Assembly: GCA_037446555.1 (NCBI GenBank)
Contig: JBBIIK010000017.1
Coordinates: 4,067 to 68,066 of the forward strand
Length of the DNA stretch: 64,000 nucleotides
Origin: Acidobacteriota bacterium
GTDB taxonomy: Bacteria > Acidobacteriota > Terriglobia > Bryobacterales > Bryobacteraceae
Direction of reading: 5' to 3'
Shown: in pieces, positions 51,159 through 60,564 of the stretch
How positions within the stretch are numbered: position 1 is the stretch's first letter
Layout of the letters: each line of letters opens with the position of its first letter
Made by a program: the position numbers and the translations under genes
Notes under the pieces: generated by a model
The model's database searches: none
The model's input: the letters and a program-made list of their open reading frames with translations, nothing else
What the model was told of the DNA's origin: nothing

Positions 51159-52316
51159 GTGGAGCTGCTGTACCTCTCCCACTGCGTTCCCAATCCGCCC
51201 GACAAAGGCGAAAAGATCCGCGCCTACCACGAGCTGACCGCGCTTGCTTCCCGGCACCGCGTTCACGTGAGCTGCTTCGCGCGTTCCGAGCAGGAGATGG
51301 AGGATGCCCGGGCGCTCCTGGACCGTTGCGCCTCGGTCTACGTTGCGCCGTTGTTCCCGTTCTTTCTGCATGCAGCCCGGGCGGGGGCGCGCTTCCTGAG
51401 GGGGGAATCGATCAACGACGCGTTTTACTCCAGCGGCCGGTTTTCACAAGATTTGCTGCGGCTGATGGAGAGCCGCCCGGTGGCTGGAGCGGTGGCGTAC
51501 ACGGCGGTGATGGCGCCCTTCGTGCCCGAAGGGATGCCTTTCGTGCTGGACATGACAGACGTGGATTCGGAGAAGTGGCGGGCCTACGCGCACTACAGAA
51601 AGCCTTCTGTTTTGTTTAAAACAGAAGCGAAACGTCTTGTTCAGCTTGAGATCCGGGAGGCGCGCCGCGCCCGGCTGACGGTTGTGACGACGGCAGCCGA
51701 GCGGGACCTGCTGCTGAAGCTCGATCCTGAGTTGCGCTGCGAGACGATGGAGAACGGCGTGGACTTCGCTTGGTTCGATCCGGAAGCCTCCCCGCAGGAT
51801 GATGCGCTGGCGAAGCGGCGCTACCTGCTGTTCTGCGGAACACTTGACTACTTTCCGAACGAACAGGGGATCACGGAGTTCGCACGCACCGTATTCCCGC
51901 GGCTGCGGGAGCGCGAGCCGGAGCTCGAGCTGCTGGTGGTAGGGCGGAACCCGGCGGCCCGCGTGCTGGCGCTTGCTGCGGTACCGGGTGTGGAGGTGGT
52001 GGGAAGCGTGGCGGATGTCCGGCCGTATTACCGCCATGCATTGGCCACGGTGGTTCCTTTGCGCATTGCTCGAGGAATCCAGAACAAGGTGCTGGAATCG
52101 CTGGCGATGGGCCGCCCCGTGCTGGCTTCGCCCGAGGTGTGCGCGACGTTCGGCGCCATGCTGCCGCGTGGCGTGCGTCTGTGCCGTACGGCTGAGGACT
52201 ACTTCGCACGGGCCGAAGAGCGCGGCATCCGGAAGGAAGCGATGGGAAGATTTTCGTGGGAGAAGAACCTCGCCGTTCTGGAAAGGGCGGTGGCGGAGCT
52301 GGAGCGGCGCCCGTGA
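51159..52316 (+). CDS. GT4-type glycosyltransferase resembling the PEP-CTERM/EpsH1-associated sugar transferase family (TIGR03087-like)
   Basis: GTG start. The N-terminus ELLYLSHCVPNPPDKGEKIRAYHELTALA matches the family's (I)LYLVHR(I)PYPPNKGDKIR pattern from memory. C-terminal GT-B E-x7-E-like region NKVLESLAMGRPVL. Confidence 0.65.
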   Translation: MELLYLSHCVPNPPDKGEKIRAYHELTALASRHRVHVSCFARSEQEMEDARALLDRCASVYVAPLFPFFLHAARAGARFLRGESINDAFYSSGRFSQDLLRLMESRPVAGAVAYTAVMAPFVPEGMPFVLDMTDVDSEKWRAYAHYRKPSVLFKTEAKRLVQLEIREARRARLTVVTTAAERDLLLKLDPELRCETMENGVDFAWFDPEASPQDDALAKRRYLLFCGTLDYFPNEQGITEFARTVFPRLREREPELELLVVGRNPAARVLALAAVPGVEVVGSVADVRPYYRHALATVVPLRIARGIQNKVLESLAMGRPVLASPEVCATFGAMLPRGVRLCRTAEDYFARAEERGIRKEAMGRFSWEKNLAVLERAVAELERRP

Positions 52317-52855
52317 AGCCGTGCCTCTTCATCGACCGCGACGGTACGCTGATCGAGGAGCGGAATTATCTGTCCGATCCGGAGCAGGTGGCGCTGATTC
52401 CCGGCGCCGCGGAAGCCGTGCGCAGGGCTCGGGAGGCGGGCTGGCTGGTGGTGGTGCTGACCAACCAGAGCGGCGTGGGGCGGGGCTACTTCACCCTGGA
52501 GGACGTCGCGGGGGTGAACAGGCGAGTCGAAGAGATGCTGGCGCAGGAGGGCGCAGGGCTGGACGGGATCTTCGTTTGCCCGCACAGTCCTGAGGAGGAT
52601 TGTCCATGCCGCAAGCCGCGGCCCGGGCTGGTGGAGGCGGCGGCGCGGCAGCTTCCGGCGGATCTGCGGCGTTCCTGGATGGTGGGCGACAAGCCGGCGG
52701 ATCTGGAGCTGGCGAGGAACGCGGGGCTGCGGGGCGCGCTGGTGCTGACGGGATATGGCGCGACAGCTTCGGCTGAGGCGCACGGGACGGCGGAATTTGT
52801 GGCGGCGGATCTTGGCGAGGCGGTGCGGCGGATCCTGGGGGCGGAGAGCGCGTAG
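52313..52855 (+). CDS. gmhB: D-glycero-D-manno-heptose 1,7-bisphosphate phosphatase-like HAD-IIIA hydrolase
   Basis: The GTG start overlaps the upstream TGA (GTGA). FIDRDGTLIEE is HAD motif I. VVLTNQSG. CPHSPEEDCPCRKPRPG is the GmhB Zn-binding CxH...CxC loop. GDKPADLE. Confidence 0.8.
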   Translation: MKPCLFIDRDGTLIEERNYLSDPEQVALIPGAAEAVRRAREAGWLVVVLTNQSGVGRGYFTLEDVAGVNRRVEEMLAQEGAGLDGIFVCPHSPEEDCPCRKPRPGLVEAAARQLPADLRRSWMVGDKPADLELARNAGLRGALVLTGYGATASAEAHGTAEFVAADLGEAVRRILGAESA

Positions 52856-52890
52856 GACGCGCCTTCCCGGGGGGCCGCCGGCGTGGGGCT

Positions 52891-52940
52891 GCCCTCCGGG
52901 TTGGTCAAGAGCAAATCAGGCCGGCGCGGCGCCGGAGGGC
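52891..52940. terminator. 9-bp stem (gccctccgg / ccggagggc) with structured 32-nt loop between convergent gmhB and TonB-receptor genes
   Basis: The arms are at 52891-52899 and 52932-52940. Two further small hairpins follow (52950-52965 and 52971-52986). No U-tract. Confidence 0.25.
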
Positions 52941-53001
52941 GTCACACCGGCCTGAACTTTCAGGCGGCTTCCCGGCAGCAGCCGGGCCGCGGAGGCGCGG
53001 A

Positions 53002-56000
53002 TCAGAAGTTCAGCTTCGCGCCAATCTGGATCTTGCGCGAGCCGCTGATGACGCCGTCGCGGATGCGGCCGAAGATGGCCGAGCTCCGGGTGGCGGTCGG
53101 GAAGCCGAAGATTGGGTGATTGAAGACGTTGGTCATGTCAGCGCGGAGTTCGAAGTTCCAGCGCTCGGTGATCATGGTCCGTTTCAGCACGCTCATGTCG
53201 ACGCCCCAGCCGCCCGGGCCGCGGAAGAAGTTGCGTCCGGTGTTGCCCAAGGCGCCAGGTGCGGGATTTGAAAAGCGCGCACGCTGTTCGGCATTGAAGA
53301 ACCATTTGATGCCGTCGATGTCCTCGGCCTTACCCATGGTGGATGTGCAGCCGGAGCAATCGGCGAAGCTCTGAACGACGTTGTTGAAGGTGTAGAAGCC
53401 CGAGTACACCGACATGGGGCGTCCGCTCTGGAAGGTGCCCATGCCGGCCACTTGCCAGCCGCCGATGAGCCGCTGGGTGAGGCCGGAGGCGCTGGAGGCG
53501 AAGCGGCGGCCGCGGCCGAAGGGCACCTCCCAGACCCAGTAAGTCTGGACGACGTGCTTGCGGTCGAAGTCGCTGGAGGCGTAGTTGAGGCGGCGGTTCA
53601 GAATATCAAACGGGGTGCCGCCGGCTGACTGGCTGTTGGCGCCCGACACGACGGTGAAGGCCGGGTCGTAGGAGCGCGTGTCGAGGGACTTGGCCAGCGT
53701 GTAGCTGATCTGATACTCGAGGCCGCCGCTCATGCGCTTGAGGAACTGCACCTGGCCGGCGTTGTAGGTGGAGAAGTCGTTCGAGTCGATGACGTTCATG
53801 CCGTTGGCGAATTGCGGGTAAGACAGGAAGAAGTACGGGCCGAGCCCGGCGGCTTCCGCTTGCCCGCGCCCGCCAACGACGCGGCGGGAGAGGTCTTGGG
53901 CGATGAAAGCGAAGTTGTTGTTGGTCAAGTCGACAGAGTAGATGCGGCGGAGGGCCTGCGATCCGCTCTCGGCTGCGGTTTTGCGCGAATCGACGCCCAT
54001 GATCTGGTTGATGAGCTGGCTTTCGCCGCCGGCCTTGACGACGCCGAGCGCATTGAAGAAGCCGTTGTTGCGCCATTCAGCCTGGTTGGCGTTGTAGGCG
54101 CCGAATAGGTTGTAGGCGCGGCGGCCGATATAGTTCACTTCGACCACTGCGTTGCGGAAGACCTCGCGCTGGATGGCGAAGCTCCACTGGTGGGTGGTCG
54201 GCATCTGGAAGTCGGGATCAACGACGGTGATGGCGCGGTTGGAGAACGCGGCGGGCTGCGCCAGTGATTCCGGCGCTACCGCCGGGGGCTTGAGCTCGGG
54301 CAACCCCGCCAGACGCCCGCCCGATTGTCCGTAGGTGGCGTCATTCAAGCCGATGACGATGCCGGGCAGGTTCTGGAAGACCTGCGAGCTGAGGACGAAG
54401 GTGTTGATGCGGTCGTAGGCGATGCGGTAGTTGGAGCGGATCGAAGTCTTCCCGTCGCCGAACGGGTCCCAGGCGAAGCCGATGGAGGGCGCCCAGTTGT
54501 TGACGGCGTCGCGGAACAGGCTGCCGGGGACCCATTTCAGGGTATTGGTGGCAGCGCCCCCGGCGGCGACATACTGGTCCGGGCGGCGGATGCGTCCGTC
54601 GGGATTGGTGGGCGCCTGCTTGACCTCCATGCGGAGGCCGAGATCCACTGTGAAGTTGCGGCTCAGTTTCCATGTGTCCTGGAAGTAGAAGTCATACTCG
54701 TTGAACTTGGCCAAGAAATTGTAAAGCCCGGTGGTGTAGCTGTCGGCGGTGGAGGGGAAGCCGCGGTTGGTGTTGCCGACGCGGCCGAGCATGAAATTGA
54801 TGTGGGTCTCGAGCGTGATGCGGTCGAACTGCTGGTTGATGTCGGCGGGCAGTCCGAAGGCGGCGGCGTTGACTGTGTTAACGACACGGGAGAAATCGGC
54901 TGCCTGCGTGGCGTTGTAGCCGCCGATGGAACCGCGAACGTCCTTGTGGCGGCCGAGGCGGAAGTTGATGCCGAACTTCAGATTGTGCGCGCCGCGGAGC
55001 CAGGAGAAGTTGTCGACAATCTGCCAGGTCTTCAGGCGGCGCGCGTTCCCGAAGCTGTAGACGAGCGGGTTGGCGACGGGCGTTGACAGATTGACCTTGG
55101 TGAGATCGGCCGACGGAATATTGAAGTCGAAGGCAAACTGGTTCAGGCCGAAGACAAACTCGTTGGTGGTGGACGGCGAGGGCATGGTGCGCCAGTTGAA
55201 GGCGTAGTTCTTGGGGTCTCGCTTGGTGTTGACGATGCAGGGCGCGCCGGGCCAGACGGGGGCGCCGCCGTTTACGCGGTCGCAATTGGTGTCCTGGCGG
55301 CCGAAGCTGACGCGGGCGAAGAAGGTGTTCTTGTCGTTGATGATGTAGTCGCCGCGCAGGGTGACGTCGTGCTGCTTCTCAAATTGCAGAGCGGTGAAGG
55401 TGTAGGCGGCGGTGTTGAGGCCATCGCCGAGCGTGAAGTTGTTGGGAAGCGGCGCAGCCTGGGCGATGGACCTCGTGCGGGCGTCCCAGCCGATGGCCTG
55501 CGGGTCCCGGGCGATGATGTTGTAGGTGCCGATGTTGATGCCCGGAAGGACGTTGCCTTGGGCGTCGACGGCGGCGCCGGAGACGCCCGCTGGCTGGTTG
55601 CGTCCGGCGCGGTTGTAGCGCCAAATGCCTTCGCGCGCTTCCTTGGTGTAGACGGTGGAGTTCACCACGGCGGATTCGCGGGTGCGGAGCAATTGGAGGT
55701 TGCCGTAGTAGAAGAGCTTGTTCTTGATGAGGGGCCCGCCGATGCCGATGCCCGGCATGTTTTGCTGATACTGGCGCTTGCCGACGTTGTTGATGTTGTT
55801 CTCCCACTCGTTGGCGCTCAGCCGCGGCGTGCGGTAGAACCACCAGGCGGTGCCGTGGATCTCGTTGGTGCCGCTCTTGGTGACCATGGCGACTTGTCCG
55901 CCCGAGTTGCGGCCATATTCGGCGGTGGCGTTGCCGGTGAGCACGCGGAACTCGCTCAGCGTGTCGGGGTTCATTCGGATCGGGGCGAAATTGGAGCCTC

Positions 56001-56604
56001 CGGCACTGGTTTCGTTGGCGTCGATGCCGTCGATGGTGAAGTTCCAGGCCCGGTCGCGGGCGCCGTTGACGTGAACGCCGCCGCCGGTGTTGGCGCCGCT
56101 GACGACGCCGGGCTGGCGGGTGACCAGGTCCAGGGGGTTGCGCCCGCGCACGCCCACGATGGGCAGGTCGCGGATCACTGTTTCACTGAAAAGGTTGCCG
56201 ATGTTGCCGGAGGTCGACGTCTGGACCATCTCTGCCGAGCCGGACACCTCGACGACTTCGGTGACCGTGCCGACTTCGAGCGTGACGTTGACTGTCGTCG
56301 GCTGGCCGATCGTGACAGGGTTGCGCCTCGACGTGAAGCGGCGGAAGCCGGGCGCCTCCACGGTGATCGTGTAGCTGCCGCTGGCCACGGCTTCAAAGAA
56401 GTAGGCGCCATTGTCGGCTGTCCTGGTTTCGACGGTGGCGTTGGTGCCTTCGTTGATGAGTTTCACCGTTGCGCCCGGGATGCTGGCGCCGCTGGGGTCG
56501 GAAACCACACCGATGACCCTGGATGTAGTGCCCTGAGCGAAAACAGCGGCGGCGGCGATGGCCGCGAGCGCAACAAAAACAGCAACCCTCTGTGTCGTCC
56601 GCAT
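53002..56604 (-). CDS. TonB-dependent outer-membrane receptor with N-terminal carboxypeptidase-regulatory-like domain (1,200 aa)
   Basis: Signal peptide MRTTQRVAVFVALAAIAAAAVFAQG. VIGVVSDPSGASIPGATVKLINEGTN...YFFEAVASGSYTITVEAPGF. Plug-like HVNGARDRAWNFTIDGIDANE. Terminal ...GAKLNF. Paralogous in layout to 45668-49153. Confidence 0.85.
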   Translation of the reverse strand: MRTTQRVAVFVALAAIAAAAVFAQGTTSRVIGVVSDPSGASIPGATVKLINEGTNATVETRTADNGAYFFEAVASGSYTITVEAPGFRRFTSRRNPVTIGQPTTVNVTLEVGTVTEVVEVSGSAEMVQTSTSGNIGNLFSETVIRDLPIVGVRGRNPLDLVTRQPGVVSGANTGGGVHVNGARDRAWNFTIDGIDANETSAGGSNFAPIRMNPDTLSEFRVLTGNATAEYGRNSGGQVAMVTKSGTNEIHGTAWWFYRTPRLSANEWENNINNVGKRQYQQNMPGIGIGGPLIKNKLFYYGNLQLLRTRESAVVNSTVYTKEAREGIWRYNRAGRNQPAGVSGAAVDAQGNVLPGINIGTYNIIARDPQAIGWDARTRSIAQAAPLPNNFTLGDGLNTAAYTFTALQFEKQHDVTLRGDYIINDKNTFFARVSFGRQDTNCDRVNGGAPVWPGAPCIVNTKRDPKNYAFNWRTMPSPSTTNEFVFGLNQFAFDFNIPSADLTKVNLSTPVANPLVYSFGNARRLKTWQIVDNFSWLRGAHNLKFGINFRLGRHKDVRGSIGGYNATQAADFSRVVNTVNAAAFGLPADINQQFDRITLETHINFMLGRVGNTNRGFPSTADSYTTGLYNFLAKFNEYDFYFQDTWKLSRNFTVDLGLRMEVKQAPTNPDGRIRRPDQYVAAGGAATNTLKWVPGSLFRDAVNNWAPSIGFAWDPFGDGKTSIRSNYRIAYDRINTFVLSSQVFQNLPGIVIGLNDATYGQSGGRLAGLPELKPPAVAPESLAQPAAFSNRAITVVDPDFQMPTTHQWSFAIQREVFRNAVVEVNYIGRRAYNLFGAYNANQAEWRNNGFFNALGVVKAGGESQLINQIMGVDSRKTAAESGSQALRRIYSVDLTNNNFAFIAQDLSRRVVGGRGQAEAAGLGPYFFLSYPQFANGMNVIDSNDFSTYNAGQVQFLKRMSGGLEYQISYTLAKSLDTRSYDPAFTVVSGANSQSAGGTPFDILNRRLNYASSDFDRKHVVQTYWVWEVPFGRGRRFASSASGLTQRLIGGWQVAGMGTFQSGRPMSVYSGFYTFNNVVQSFADCSGCTSTMGKAEDIDGIKWFFNAEQRARFSNPAPGALGNTGRNFFRGPGGWGVDMSVLKRTMITERWNFELRADMTNVFNHPIFGFPTATRSSAIFGRIRDGVISGSRKIQIGAKLNF

Positions 56605-56664
56605 ATCCGCAAAGGATAGCAGACGGAGATGGCCGGGGGAAGCCTGTTTTTCGATCCGGAGCCC

Positions 56665-57663
56665 TTATTCTCCTTTCAGGGAGCGCTCCATGAGTTCGCG
56701 GAGGCTTTCGCGAGGACTTTTCTGACCCCGGAGCACGGCGTGCATCTGGCTGGTGATAGGCATGTCAACGCCGAGCCTGGCGGCGAGTTCGACGGCGGCA
56801 TAGGTGGTGTGGACGCCTTCGGCCACCATGCGCATACCGGCCAGAATGTCCTGCAGGGACCGGCCGCGGCCGAGTTCGAAGCCGACCGTGCGGTTGCGGC
56901 TCAGCTCCCCGTGACAGGTAAGAACCAGATCGCCGAGCCCGGCCAGCCCGGCCAGGGTCCGCGCCTGGCCGCCGGCAGCGACGGCGAGCCGGGTGATTTC
57001 CGCCAGACCGCGGGTGATGAGAGCGGCCAGAGTGTTGGCGCCCAGGCCAAGACCCGCGCAAACGCCGGCAGCGATGGCGATGACGTTCTTGAGCGCCGCG
57101 CCCAGCTCTACCCCCACCGGGTCGGCGTTCGTGTAAAGCCGCAGCGACGGACCGGAAAAGGCCTGCTGAATGGCGCGGGCCAGGGCGGCGCCGGCCGAGG
57201 AGATGACCACGGCGGCGGGTTCGCCCCGGGCGACCTCGCGGGCGAAGGTGGGGCCGCTCAGCACGCCTACGCGCGGCTGGAAGCGCGGGCTCACGACCTC
57301 CTCGATCACCTCCGACATGCGCTTTAGCGAGCCCTGCTCGATTCCTTTGGTGGCGCTGACGAACAGCATTTCCGGCGACAGCCAGGGCAGCATCTCCCCG
57401 TACAGCCGCCGGACGTGATCGGAGGGCATGACGCTTAGCACGACGTCCGCGCCCTCGAGGCAGGCGGACAGGGTGGAGAGAGGCTCGACGTTGGGCGGGA
57501 GTTCGAATCCGGGCAGGAAGACGTCGTTGATTCGCGTCCGCGCCATCCTTTCGGCGAGATCGGGCTCGTAGACCCAGAGCCTTACCTGCGCAAAGCGGGG
57601 CGCCAGCACCAGCGCCAGCGCCGTGCCCCAGCTGCCGCCGCCGATCACGGCCAGGCGGTTCAC
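56665..57663 (-). CDS. gpsA: NAD(P)H-dependent glycerol-3-phosphate dehydrogenase
   Basis: LAVIGGGSWGTALALVLA is the Rossmann N-terminus. ...GLGANTLAALITRGLAEITRL... is typical of GpsA. The GTG start overlaps the plsY stop (GTGA, 57660-57663). The track start 58110 is out-of-frame inside plsY. Confidence 0.92.
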   Translation of the reverse strand: MNRLAVIGGGSWGTALALVLAPRFAQVRLWVYEPDLAERMARTRINDVFLPGFELPPNVEPLSTLSACLEGADVVLSVMPSDHVRRLYGEMLPWLSPEMLFVSATKGIEQGSLKRMSEVIEEVVSPRFQPRVGVLSGPTFAREVARGEPAAVVISSAGAALARAIQQAFSGPSLRLYTNADPVGVELGAALKNVIAIAAGVCAGLGLGANTLAALITRGLAEITRLAVAAGGQARTLAGLAGLGDLVLTCHGELSRNRTVGFELGRGRSLQDILAGMRMVAEGVHTTYAAVELAARLGVDMPITSQMHAVLRGQKSPRESLRELMERSLKGE

Positions 57664-58265
57664 TTCCTGCCTCCGAAACGGAAGACGTTTTCCGTGCCGG
57701 CGCGCAGGCGCTCGATGTTGGAGCGGTGCCGCCAGATGATGAAGAGCCCACAGAAAGTGACAGCGGCGATCACCCCCGGACCGGGATGATAGAGGATCCA
57801 GACGGCGAAGGGGAACAGCCCCGCGCCCAGGATGGAGCCGAGCGAGATGTAGCGGGTGGCTGCGACGGTGATGACGAACACGGCGGCGACGGCGGCCAAA
57901 GCCCAGGGGGCGAGGTGCAGTGCGACGCCGACAAAGCTGGCCACGGCCTTGCCGCCCTGGAACTTCAGCCAGACCGGGAACGCGTGGCCGAGCACGACCG
58001 CAACACCTGCCGCGGCGATCCATTCGGGCGAGCCGCCGGCGAGGCGCTGCATGAGTGCGCATGCGGCCCACCCCTTGGCGATGTCCAGCAGGAGCGTGAG
58101 CACGCCCCACGCTCGGCCGGTGGTTCGGAGGACATTGGTGGCCCCGATGTTGCCGCTGCCCATGCCCCGGACGTCGCGCCCCGTGCGGAGCTTCACGATC
58201 AGATATCCGAAAGGAATGCCACCGATCAGGTAGGCGGCCGCAATGGCGAGAAATTTCTCCGTCAT
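57660..58265 (-). CDS. plsY: glycerol-3-phosphate acyltransferase PlsY
   Basis: AAAYLIGGIPFGYLIV...GSGNIGATNVLRTTG is the PlsY signature. 201 aa, multi-TM. Confidence 0.93.
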   Translation of the reverse strand: MTEKFLAIAAAYLIGGIPFGYLIVKLRTGRDVRGMGSGNIGATNVLRTTGRAWGVLTLLLDIAKGWAACALMQRLAGGSPEWIAAAGVAVVLGHAFPVWLKFQGGKAVASFVGVALHLAPWALAAVAAVFVITVAATRYISLGSILGAGLFPFAVWILYHPGPGVIAAVTFCGLFIIWRHRSNIERLRAGTENVFRFGGRK

Positions 58266-58813
58266 TTTTTTAATGGAAAGCTGGCGAGTTTCGCATAAAT
58301 GCTGCCGCCGGGGCGCAGTTTGCTCTCATAGAGATAAAAATGGGTTGCCGTAAAGCGGCCGAAATGATCCGATGGCAAGTCTGACACCGCCTTGCGCAGC
58401 GCGGACAGGTCCACCGGACGCCGGATGCGGGCGAGTGTCAGGTGCGGGCTGTAGGGGCGGTTCTCCCGGGCGATCCCCGCGGAGGCGCAGGCGTCTTCCG
58501 TGGCGCGAGCCAGCCGGGGAAGGCTTTCTCCACCGTGAATTCCTGCCCAGAAAACTCGGGGATTTTTCCCGTCCGGGAACCATCCCAGACCCCGGATATC
58601 AATGCGGAATTCCCCTTCCGCGGGCACCTCAGAGAGCGCTTCTTTCAGCAAATCCAGGTCCTCTTCCGGCCATTCTCCAATGAATTTCGTGGTGATGTGG
58701 AGGTTGGAGGGCGGGCTCCATTGCATGTCCGCCGTGGGCCGGAGCAGCTGGAGCAGCAGCTCGAGGTTGCGGCGCACCTCATAAGGCAGATCGATGGCCA
58801 CAAACAGGCGCAT
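58262..58813 (-). CDS. thpR: RNA 2',3'-cyclic phosphodiesterase (2H family, ThpR/LigT)
   Basis: MRLFVAIDLP start. Two HxT motifs: NLHITTKFIG and PHLTLARI. The stop overlaps the plsY ATG (ATGA). Confidence 0.85.
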   Translation of the reverse strand: MRLFVAIDLPYEVRRNLELLLQLLRPTADMQWSPPSNLHITTKFIGEWPEEDLDLLKEALSEVPAEGEFRIDIRGLGWFPDGKNPRVFWAGIHGGESLPRLARATEDACASAGIARENRPYSPHLTLARIRRPVDLSALRKAVSDLPSDHFGRFTATHFYLYESKLRPGGSIYAKLASFPLKK

Positions 58814-58846
58814 GGGGCGTGATACTCTCACCTAGCGTAGCGCGAC

Positions 58847-59344
58847 ATGGCCGCCCGAGTCCTGCCCCGCAGCTTCTACGCCCGGCCCGCGGTGGAGGTG
58901 GCGCGTTCGCTGCTGGGACAGCGCCTCGAGATGGGCGGGCGCGGCGGGCGCATCCTGGAGGTGGAGGCGTACCTGCCGGAGGGAGACGAGGCGGCGCACG
59001 CCTGGCGGGGGCGGACGCGGCGGACCGAGGTCCTTTTCGGTGAACCGGGACACGCCTACGTGTTCCTTGTCTACGGGATGCACTTCTGCCTGAACGTGGT
59101 GGCCGAGCCGGAGGGTATTCCGGGATGCGTTTTGATCCGCGCCGTGGAGGGCTGCGGCGAGGGCCCGGGAAAGGTGACACGGGCCTTGGGGGTCACGCTC
59201 GAGCACAACGGCTGCGACCTGGTGCGGGGGCCGCTGCGGATCCTGTCCGAACCGGCTCCGGTGAGGGAGGCGATCACCGTGACGCCGCGGATCGGCATCC
59301 GCCGCTCGGAGCACCTGCCGCTGCGGTTTGTGCTGGAAAGTTGA
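58847..59344 (+). CDS. mpg: DNA-3-methyladenine glycosylase (AAG/MPG family)
   Basis: LPRSFYARPAVEVARSLLGQRL...EVEAYLPEGDEAAHAWRGRTRRTEVLFGEPGHAYVFLVYGMHFCLNVV is the classic MPG-family core. Confidence 0.88.
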   Translation: MAARVLPRSFYARPAVEVARSLLGQRLEMGGRGGRILEVEAYLPEGDEAAHAWRGRTRRTEVLFGEPGHAYVFLVYGMHFCLNVVAEPEGIPGCVLIRAVEGCGEGPGKVTRALGVTLEHNGCDLVRGPLRILSEPAPVREAITVTPRIGIRRSEHLPLRFVLES

Positions 59345-59384
59345 GCCGGCCGGCGCAGTTCCGCTACGCTGAAATCTCAGCCTT

Positions 59385-60557
59385 ATGTTCCGATTTGAAA
59401 CCGCCGGCGAGAGCCACGGCGAGTGTCTGGTGGCTACGGTCACCGGCTTGCCCGCGGGCGTTCCCGTCTCCGTTGCGGCAGTGAACCGCGAGCTGTGGAG
59501 GCGCCAGCAGGGCTACGGCCGAGGCGGGCGAATGAAGATAGAAACCGACACGGCCGAGATCGTCAGTGGCGTACGTCACTCGCAAACGACCGGCGCGCCG
59601 GTGTCGGTGATCATCCGGAACCGGGACTGGCAGAACTGGACCGAAGCGCTGCCGGTGGAGTCCACGCCGGATGCGGAGGGCAAGCAGAAGCCGCTGAAGC
59701 GGCCGCGGCCCGGCCATGCCGACCTGGCCGGGGCCATCAAGTACAACTACCACGACGCCCGCTACATCCTCGAGCGCGCCTCGGCGCGGGAGACGACGGC
59801 GCGGGTGGCCCTCGGGGCGCTGGCCAAGCAGTATCTGGCGCAGTTCGGCGTTGAGGTGCTGAGCCACGTGATCCAGGTGGGGACGGCGCGGCTCAACCGG
59901 CGGGCGGAGTGGGAAGAGCTGAAGGCGCTGGCGCAGCGGGACGAGGTGCTGCTGAACTGCGTGGATCCTGAGGCGGAGGCACAGATGAAGGCCGTGGTGG
60001 ATGAAGCCTACCGCACGGGCGACACTGTGGGCGGCGTCTTCGAGGTGCGGGCGCACGGCGTGCCCGTAGGGCTGGGGTCGCACATCACCTGGGACTCCCG
60101 GCTGGACGGGAAGCTGGCGCAGGCGGTCCTGTCGATCCAGGCGGTGAAAGGCATCATGATCGGCGAGGCGGAACAGGCGGCCGAAGAGTTCGGCTCGAAG
60201 GTGCAGGACACGATCCACTACGACCGCGAGGAGCGGCGCTTCACGCGCGGCGCCAACCAGGCGGGAGGGCTGGAAGGCGGCATCACCAACGGGCAGGACG
60301 TGGTGGTGCGCGGCTATCTGAAGCCGATTTCGACGCTGCGGCGGCCGCTGGAAAGCGTGGATCTGGACACACGCGAGCCGGCTCTGGCGGCCTACGAGCG
60401 CAGCGACGTATGCGTGGTTCCAGCGGCGGGCGTGATCGGAGAAGGGATGGTGGCGCTGGTGCTCGCCGGGGCGATGATCGAAAAATTCGGCGGTGATTCG
60501 CTTCTGGAGGCGCGTCGAAACTTCGACGGCTACATCCAACAGGTCAGGGAGTTCTGA
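59385..60557 (+). CDS. aroC: chorismate synthase
   Basis: MFRFETAGESHGECLVATVTGLPAGV..., RPGHADLAG and ERSDVCVVPAAGV are AroC signatures. 390 aa. Confidence 0.95.
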   Translation: MFRFETAGESHGECLVATVTGLPAGVPVSVAAVNRELWRRQQGYGRGGRMKIETDTAEIVSGVRHSQTTGAPVSVIIRNRDWQNWTEALPVESTPDAEGKQKPLKRPRPGHADLAGAIKYNYHDARYILERASARETTARVALGALAKQYLAQFGVEVLSHVIQVGTARLNRRAEWEELKALAQRDEVLLNCVDPEAEAQMKAVVDEAYRTGDTVGGVFEVRAHGVPVGLGSHITWDSRLDGKLAQAVLSIQAVKGIMIGEAEQAAEEFGSKVQDTIHYDREERRFTRGANQAGGLEGGITNGQDVVVRGYLKPISTLRRPLESVDLDTREPALAAYERSDVCVVPAAGVIGEGMVALVLAGAMIEKFGGDSLLEARRNFDGYIQQVREF

Positions 60558-60564
60558 AGGACCG

